Source of the DNA: a virus
Strand: one strand, 5' to 3'
UHGV virus genome: UHGV-0171424
DNA: 48,868 bases
Positions 43,021-48,868 of this stretch are shown piece by piece. Under the pieces are notes generated by a model. That model was not told the origin of the DNA, did no database searches, and saw only the letters and a program-made list of their open reading frames with translations. The position numbers were made by a program, and so were the translations under genes. Each line of letters opens with the position of its first letter. Position 1 is the stretch's first letter.

Positions 43021-43771
43021 CCTCATACCGCTCCACTGCCGCCGCTGTGACTGGTCTCGCCACACAGCGGCAATTTATTGGCTGACCCGGGAATGTCGGT
43101 ACACCATCGACGACAGGTAAATCTGACCACTTAAATACACCTTCACCGAATCCCACATCGCGCTTTGCAACCTCAACATGACTATGGCGCACCCGCTCGT
43201 CCTGTGACGTTACCCATTTGAAATACTCAATACCACTGTTCGTCTGACGGATACGATTCATGTCACCCTGTATCTTCCCATACTGGTCTGTGGCGATAAG
43301 TTTGGCTCGACGTTCTGTGATACCAAATTGTTTAACGAGCGCTTCCTCGATGTAACTGGGGCGCATACCGTTACGCATATTGGTCATGACGATGTTCTGC
43401 ACCTGCTCCAGATACTGAGCCGGAATAGACTGAATGAGTTTAGCATTCTGATACGATGCAGCGCTCAGATATTCCTGTAACTGCGTATCGCCGCCGTACA
43501 GATTGATAGCGAATGAGCGGGCGTTATCCTTTGCCGCAGTCTGTACAAACTGTGACGCGATGGTTTCAGCCTGGCGACGAGCAAATGCACCGAGCCACCG
43601 TGTGAGCAACTGATTAATCGCCGAGGTGATGGTATCACTCCAGCCGTCGGCGGTGTACTCCGGCGCAAGCTGTTTCACCAATGGTACGATGTTGGCGTCC
43701 ACATCCTCACGAACCAGCCGTGCAACCTGTTTCAGCTGGCGATAATAATTTAGCTCTGTTTGTCGTGACAT
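43010..43771 (-). CDS. head morphogenesis protein (Mu F / SPP1 gp7-like)
   Basis: 253 aa; typical position downstream of the portal gene in Mu-like head modules. Confidence 0.6.
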   Translation of the reverse strand: MSRQTELNYYRQLKQVARLVREDVDANIVPLVKQLAPEYTADGWSDTITSAINQLLTRWLGAFARRQAETIASQFVQTAAKDNARSFAINLYGGDTQLQEYLSAASYQNAKLIQSIPAQYLEQVQNIVMTNMRNGMRPSYIEEALVKQFGITERRAKLIATDQYGKIQGDMNRIRQTNSGIEYFKWVTSQDERVRHSHVEVAKRDVGFGEGVFKWSDLPVVDGVPTFPGQPINCRCVARPVTAAAVERYEAKK

Positions 43772-43773
43772 GC

Positions 43774-43802
43774 TTGACGACCTCGTCAGTATGGTGTAGA
43801 GT
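43774..43802 (+). promoter_or_regulatory. palindromic promoter (TTGACG-acct-CGTCA, N8, TAGAGT)
   Basis: TTGACG at 43774-43779, CGTCA at 43784-43788, TAGAGT at 43797-43802; begins 3 nt from the start codon of the divergent F-like gene. Confidence 0.55.
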
Positions 43803-43839
43803 GTATGTGTTAGTTAAATATTATCACAGGAGATGAGAG

Positions 43840-44697
43840 ATGACATTACTTGAACTATTACGCCAGGAATTACCAAAACGTGGCGGTTGGCCGAAGGGTG
43901 CAGTAAAAGCTACCTCTTACGGTTTCATCCCGGGTGTTCATTTTTGGGATGATAACGATTTCGTGGTGGATTACAGCGACTTAACCACTCGCGCGTTAGG
44001 TGAAGAAAAAATCACACGCGAACAATACGAGGCAACTGGCTGGGACGGTACAGGTTTGCCGCCGGTGTCATACTTAAAATCAGTTCTAGATTATGATGAG
44101 GAAACCGGAGATTTCACGTGGAAACCTCGAATTGAAGGCGATTTTTCTACGAAATGTCAATTCGTATCTTGGTCAAACAGATTTGCAGGAAAGAAAGCTG
44201 GAACAATAGTCACCAAAAAGAGAAAATCATATCTGAAGATTAATTTAGGTGGTAAGAATTATTATGCACATCGAATAGCATACGCCATTTTGAACGATTG
44301 TTGGCCAGAAAATGAGATTGACCATATAAATGGGAATTCATTGGATAATTCAAAAACAAACTTGAGACAAGTTACAAGAAAGGAAAATTGTCGAAACGTG
44401 TCGTTAATCCCAAATTCAACTAGTGGTTATTGTGGTGTTAATTGGCATGAACCATCTGGTAAATGGCGAGCAAGAGTTAAAATCGACGGTAAAGAGAATT
44501 ATATTGGACTCTTCGACGACCCACAAGAAGCCGCAATTCGCATAAAAGCGATTAGAGACGCTGTCGGGTTCCATAAGAATCACGGTCAAGACCTCCGCTC
44601 AGAAGCGGAACGCGCGATTGATGAAATGGTTCGGCTGTCCGGAGTGTCAATTGGTGCGGCTAAGATTCTGTATGATGCGGGGTATCGGAAGGGTTAA
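43840..44697 (+). CDS. HNH homing endonuclease with AP2 DNA-binding domain
   Basis: HNH motif ENEIDHINGNSLDNSKTNLRQVTRKEN; AP2-like GYCGVNWHEPSGKWRARVKIDGKENYIGLFDDPQEAA. Confidence 0.7.
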   Translation: MTLLELLRQELPKRGGWPKGAVKATSYGFIPGVHFWDDNDFVVDYSDLTTRALGEEKITREQYEATGWDGTGLPPVSYLKSVLDYDEETGDFTWKPRIEGDFSTKCQFVSWSNRFAGKKAGTIVTKKRKSYLKINLGGKNYYAHRIAYAILNDCWPENEIDHINGNSLDNSKTNLRQVTRKENCRNVSLIPNSTSGYCGVNWHEPSGKWRARVKIDGKENYIGLFDDPQEAAIRIKAIRDAVGFHKNHGQDLRSEAERAIDEMVRLSGVSIGAAKILYDAGYRKG

Positions 44698-44756
44698 TCA
44701 CATGTCCCGGCGGAAGTCGGGATTTTCAAATTCAGTATCATCGTGGGTGACGTGGC

Positions 44757-45377
44757 ATGACTAAACCAAAGCAAAAAGAAACTGAAACAGACAGCGAGTA
44801 TGCTCTTAGAATTTCAGAATGGAAAGAGATGCGAAAAGAGTACAAGAGAAAGTGGAATGAGCAGAATCGGTCACATACTTCCCAATACAACAAGAAATGG
44901 CAATCTGAGAACGTAGAAAAAGTTTCACGGTATAGAGAGGAGTATTACAAACAAAACAAACACGTCATTACTGAAAGGGTGATTGATTGGCAAAGAAAAA
45001 ATCCTGAGAAGTATGCCGATAAATCAAAAAGACATTATCTTGCCAACAAGGATAAGTTTGCAACCAGATTGGTCAAAAGAAGAGCGAACTTAATACAGGC
45101 CTCAATCGGTAAAGATGTGGAAAAAGTCTATTCGCAACTATACAGATATGCGAAGCTACTTGGCGGTAACCTCGAAGTAGACCACATCATTCCGTTGCAA
45201 GGCGTGGATGTCAGAGGGTTACATACCTCGGAAAATCTCTGTCTATTACCGAGAGAAATAAATCGTTCGAAAGGTAATAAATTTGACCAAGAAGCATACT
45301 TCTACTTCTTCAAAAGATACCCGAGATGTACCGCTTCGAGACTGTACGCGAGGTACATCTCGGGTAGATTAGGATAG
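44757..45377 (+). CDS. HNH endonuclease
   Basis: HNH motif LEVDHIIPLQGVDVRGLHTSENLCLLPREINRSKGNK; Lys-rich N-terminal region. Confidence 0.65.
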   Translation: MTKPKQKETETDSEYALRISEWKEMRKEYKRKWNEQNRSHTSQYNKKWQSENVEKVSRYREEYYKQNKHVITERVIDWQRKNPEKYADKSKRHYLANKDKFATRLVKRRANLIQASIGKDVEKVYSQLYRYAKLLGGNLEVDHIIPLQGVDVRGLHTSENLCLLPREINRSKGNKFDQEAYFYFFKRYPRCTASRLYARYISGRLG

Positions 45378-46766
45378 TTTTGCCATTATCTCATCATGAG
45401 ACAGACCATCTGTCACGTACTGGTTATAGCGTATCCAGAACGCATCCTGTTGTTCGGTGAGTTTTGGTTCATCGTCAGGGGGAGACGCAACGTAATCTGA
45501 CTCCGCCGAAGCCTGTTTATCTATTTCACCATCTTCAAACTGATATTCTTCGGATGATTCGAGATTGCGCATGATTTGTGATGGTCTCACTATCCCCTCC
45601 GCCAGATATGCCAAATCTTTATCAGCCCGGGTTTTGGCAGCTTGTGCAATCTGCAATTCATTAGGCTGTGCAAGTGGCCGCCACTCATAGTTAAAGTCGT
45701 CAGGCCAGTAACCCAAGGCGCTACGTACCAACACCTCATCGAGCTGGCGCAACCCCGGGTCAACCTGTGTCAGCTGTTTGGAGCGGATGGAGTTGTTGTA
45801 GTTGTTCATGTCCCCTTCGCCGGTGGCGTTCATGCCCTTAGCAGAGGTACCGAACAGGCGCGTAACGGGAATATCAGCCGCACCACTAATCCACGTCATG
45901 AACGTCTCAAGCACCGGTGCAACACCGCCCAGGTCGAGCGTCTTACGTTCGTATGACTCATCACCGTCCAGCAGGGCCATCTGCACCAGTGACTTCATCT
46001 GACTGAACAGTGTATAACGCGACACAATTGCATCATCCTGGTCACTGGCTAACTCGTCGGACAGTCCCTCACGTTTGACCACATCGACGTTTGCCTCCTG
46101 CATCAGTTCCGCGATGCCGTCCTTTGATGCGACCATGTCCATGATGTCATCGAGGCACACGCGTAACTCACTGTCACCCCATCCCTGCGTCTGGACCATC
46201 TGGCGACGAGGGATACGCTTGCCACTGAAACGCGCAAAATGGGTCCAGTGGATTTGCTGACCACCACCAGTAATGGTGTAATGCTCCGGCATCATGTAGT
46301 TAGGTGCCAGAATGTCCCAGGTGTTCAGGGTGAGCGGTGACATGTCGTAACGGTCAAACACGATGCAACGTTTTAAATCACCTTTACGAATACGGCTCAC
46401 GTCGAGCGGCTTTGACAGGTCCTGACCAGTCAGCATGAGAATACCGCCGCCGCCGTACAGACGCGCCCATGTAACAGCCTCCTGCACGTTGGCAGCAACC
46501 ATCAGCCGGTCTTCTTCGATGCGGATGTCATCGGCTTCCTTGCACTTGATGGTGCGCCACTCACGGCACATATCTTCAGCGGGAATTTCCACAATTTGAC
46601 GGGCGAGCCAGTTAGTCTGGTAAGCCGCGTCGAGTTGTTGCCAGTTGGACAGCGCAGCATACTGGAACATATTGTGAGAGCGTTTCGCTTTCCACGTTCC
46701 GAGGCCAGACACGACGTTGACCAGCCCGTCGGTGGTGTGAAGGTTTGTTTTAGCAGCCTTAGCCAT
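45369..46766 (-). CDS. portal protein
   Basis: 465 aa; immediately downstream of TerL with ATGA overlap; size and position typical of Mu-like portals. Confidence 0.7.
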   Translation of the reverse strand: MAKAAKTNLHTTDGLVNVVSGLGTWKAKRSHNMFQYAALSNWQQLDAAYQTNWLARQIVEIPAEDMCREWRTIKCKEADDIRIEEDRLMVAANVQEAVTWARLYGGGGILMLTGQDLSKPLDVSRIRKGDLKRCIVFDRYDMSPLTLNTWDILAPNYMMPEHYTITGGGQQIHWTHFARFSGKRIPRRQMVQTQGWGDSELRVCLDDIMDMVASKDGIAELMQEANVDVVKREGLSDELASDQDDAIVSRYTLFSQMKSLVQMALLDGDESYERKTLDLGGVAPVLETFMTWISGAADIPVTRLFGTSAKGMNATGEGDMNNYNNSIRSKQLTQVDPGLRQLDEVLVRSALGYWPDDFNYEWRPLAQPNELQIAQAAKTRADKDLAYLAEGIVRPSQIMRNLESSEEYQFEDGEIDKQASAESDYVASPPDDEPKLTEQQDAFWIRYNQYVTDGLSHDEIMAKLS

Positions 46767-46768
46767 GT

Positions 46769-48196
46769 TTATAAAATCTCCGACGCTGTTCGGCGTGCGA
46801 GTAATCCGCGACTATTGGCAATGATAAACGAATCCGCGATGTTTGGCGACATGATGTCTCGTTTTGCCAAATCTTTTTTACTTTCAACCTTGACTTTACC
46901 ACTATTGTCGAAGTCCCGCATTGGTGTAGACAACTCGTCGATGAGTTTGTCCAACAGTTTTGCATCGATATCACTTGACAAGCTAATCATCTGGTCAACC
47001 GGAAACTCCCGACCCTTTGTGACAGCCAGGTACGTATTGCGGAACCGGTCAGCAGTGAGCCACCATGTCTGTGCTTTCAGATTGGCAAAGAAATCTTCAT
47101 TGTTGATGCGGGTATCGCCGTATTTCTTTTTCGGGTCGGACACTTTGCCGCCCGCATTGAATTTGAAGTGTCTGTGCCATCCTGCGGCGTTCAGGTGCGA
47201 ACCTGTGCCAGCGCCCACCCCGATACTGTCGTAACCAATGTGGGACGCTCCAGCGCGTTCTGCGGTAAGTTTGACACGCATCGCTGACTCACGCAGTTCA
47301 TCCTCGCCACCTTTCCACTCATCCAGTCCAATACACACGCTGCCGTCCATCGTGGTCGATGCGTTTTTATCATCGCCAGAGTCAGCAACGTCGTAACCAA
47401 CAGTTTTACCGCCGAACCAGTTGCCGCCAACTTTCTTGTGAGCATCGATAGCGGCCTGAAGCCAGGAACGCTTGATAACCACACGGTCATCATTGTCACG
47501 TGGTACGCCAAGGTAAATATGCTGGTATTCTTCGAAATCTTCGGCCTTGGCTGATTCAATGTCGGCCAGAGCTGTGGCAGACAGAAATGGATTCTCGTTG
47601 TAATTAATTAAACGAGTAATAGTTCCGGCGGGCGGATTTAATACAAGACGCTTATATGCGAAATCAGTCGCAAGACGCGGGTTAAATGTGACCCATATTT
47701 CAGCATCTTCGTTACGCATAATTGTTGGACGAATTGTGGCAAACATATCTTCCGTTAAATTATGTGCCTCTTCAATCCACGCCACGGATGCTTTTTCAAA
47801 TGATTTAATTTCGTCAATATTGCGGGCCATACCGTAAAAACGAAATAATGAACCATTAGTTTTATGCTCAATAGCATCTGCATAAACTTTAAAATTCTTG
47901 TCCAGTCCGAAATAACTGATTTTATCTTTCAGGAGTGTATATACCGAATCAGCGATACGGTTCTGGTACATGCGTAAACACAGGAAACGCTGCTCCATAA
48001 AATTGGCGCGCGCTATGGCCACGCCTGCGGCATCGTGAGACTTCGACGACATACGACCGCCGTACAGCGTGCGAAAGCGTACACGCTGCCCATCAGGCGC
48101 TGTACGCGTTTTCCAGAAGTCCCGCAGTGCCGGGTTAAGCGTTGGATTAGTCACCGTAGAAATCGTCCAGTGTTTTGCGGATATCCACTTCACCAC
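46769..48196 (-). CDS. terL: terminase large subunit
   Basis: 475 aa; N-terminal ATPase Walker A-like YGGRMSSKS; size and gene order TerS-TerL-portal. Confidence 0.75.
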   Translation of the reverse strand: MVKWISAKHWTISTVTNPTLNPALRDFWKTRTAPDGQRVRFRTLYGGRMSSKSHDAAGVAIARANFMEQRFLCLRMYQNRIADSVYTLLKDKISYFGLDKNFKVYADAIEHKTNGSLFRFYGMARNIDEIKSFEKASVAWIEEAHNLTEDMFATIRPTIMRNEDAEIWVTFNPRLATDFAYKRLVLNPPAGTITRLINYNENPFLSATALADIESAKAEDFEEYQHIYLGVPRDNDDRVVIKRSWLQAAIDAHKKVGGNWFGGKTVGYDVADSGDDKNASTTMDGSVCIGLDEWKGGEDELRESAMRVKLTAERAGASHIGYDSIGVGAGTGSHLNAAGWHRHFKFNAGGKVSDPKKKYGDTRINNEDFFANLKAQTWWLTADRFRNTYLAVTKGREFPVDQMISLSSDIDAKLLDKLIDELSTPMRDFDNSGKVKVESKKDLAKRDIMSPNIADSFIIANSRGLLARRTASEIL

Positions 48197-48563
48197 TCAG
48201 TTCGATGAGTTGCTTATCCAGTCCCAGGAGTTTCGCCTTACCCATCGTCGCACCAGTCGCGGCAGACGCTTGCACAGTGTCGGCGGTCAGAGCGGCAATG
48301 CGCGCCTCTTCCAGCTCGGCAATGAGTGAATCAACTGTCACATTATGACGCTTGATATGTCCTTCACGCAGTTGACCAATTCTACGGTTAACATTGGGCT
48401 TATCGAGCAGACGTGATGCGTCCACAGCGATAGTGTTCGCATTCTTACGGTCGGACTTGTAAGCCTGACGATAAGCCTCGGATGCGTTCCCCGTCTCAAC
48501 GAAGACGCGGCAGAATTTCTCCTGCTGTTCGGTAACGCCGAATTCGTTAAGTGGTCTTGCCAT
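48147..48563 (-). CDS. terS: terminase small subunit
   Basis: about 138 aa, helical DNA-binding N-terminus (QQEKFCRVFVETGNASEAYRQA); overlaps the TerL start; ATG at 48563 preferred over the GTG at 48575. Confidence 0.6.
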   Translation of the reverse strand: MARPLNEFGVTEQQEKFCRVFVETGNASEAYRQAYKSDRKNANTIAVDASRLLDKPNVNRRIGQLREGHIKRHNVTVDSLIAELEEARIAALTADTVQASAATGATMGKAKLLGLDKQLIELSGEVDIRKTLDDFYGD

Positions 48564-48596
48564 GATAGTCCCCACGTTATTGTCTCTAATGCCACG

Positions 48597-48605
48597 ATTT
48601 TACCA
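48597..48605 (-). promoter_or_regulatory. late promoter for the packaging/head operon: extended -10 (TGGTAAAAT) 18 bp from the repeat boundary
   Basis: minus-strand TGGTAAAAT about 30 nt upstream of the terS ATG; same geometry relative to the repeat as the tail-operon promoter. Confidence 0.45.
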
Positions 48606-48622
48606 TGACTGTACCGTCATTG

Positions 48623-48868
48623 CCACACACCCCGTTGAAACTCGTTCGGGGTACTTCATCGGGGTATCAAAAACTCTTTAGTTTTCAGTACTATACTACT
48701 TATTACCCCTATACCCCTATAAAATAGTAATTAGTAGTAATAGAAAGTATATAATAAATAGTATAAATGTAATATAATACATAATGTATACTTTATAAGG
48801 TTTATAAGGGGGAAGAAGGGAAGAATGTACGGGGTGTTCGGTTATGCTCGTAAACCTATGATTATGAA
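48623..48868 (+). repeat. 301-bp direct repeat copy B (5' 246 bp; the last 55 bp are at window positions 1-55)
   Basis: identical to 34581-34826; continuity across the window end and start shows a circular or permuted representation. Confidence 0.95.

Overview
This window looks like a complete, circularly joined genome (about 48.9 kb) of a lytic tailed phage. Its codon usage and roughly 50% GC suggest an enterobacterial host. The left half (about 100-17500) is an early and replication region. It holds a primase-helicase (prim-pol fused to an SF3 helicase), an SF2 helicase, a VRR-NUC nuclease, a DUF2800 nuclease, a DUF2815 SSB-like protein and a compact family-B-like DNA polymerase, along with several homing-endonuclease-like genes and small accessory genes. 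A lysis cassette (SAR endolysin, separate i- and o-spanins, and a convergent holin-like pair) sits at 17.5-19.5 kb. Coordinates 19.5-34.5 kb hold a Mu/P2-like contractile-tail and baseplate module on the minus strand. Coordinates 35.9-48.6 kb hold a Mu-like head and packaging module (TerS, TerL, portal, F-like protein, protease/scaffold, major capsid). No integrase, transposase, CRISPR array or tRNA was found. Several features stand out. (a) Two perfect 301-bp direct repeats sit exactly at the two early/late divergent switch regions. (b) A recurrent palindromic promoter/operator motif, TTGACG-N4-CGTCA(A)-N8-TAnAnT, occurs at 11 sites and drives essentially every plus-strand unit. (c) A roughly 500-nt promoter-to-terminator unit with no coding potential lies antisense inside the baseplate operon. 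(d) Promoter-plus-terminator accessory-gene cassettes (morons) and five homing-endonuclease-like genes are present, two of which share an unusual Zn-ribbon-repeat module. (e) A DUF551 gene carries an in-frame amber codon. (f) A candidate -1 frameshift site lies in the tail assembly chaperone.
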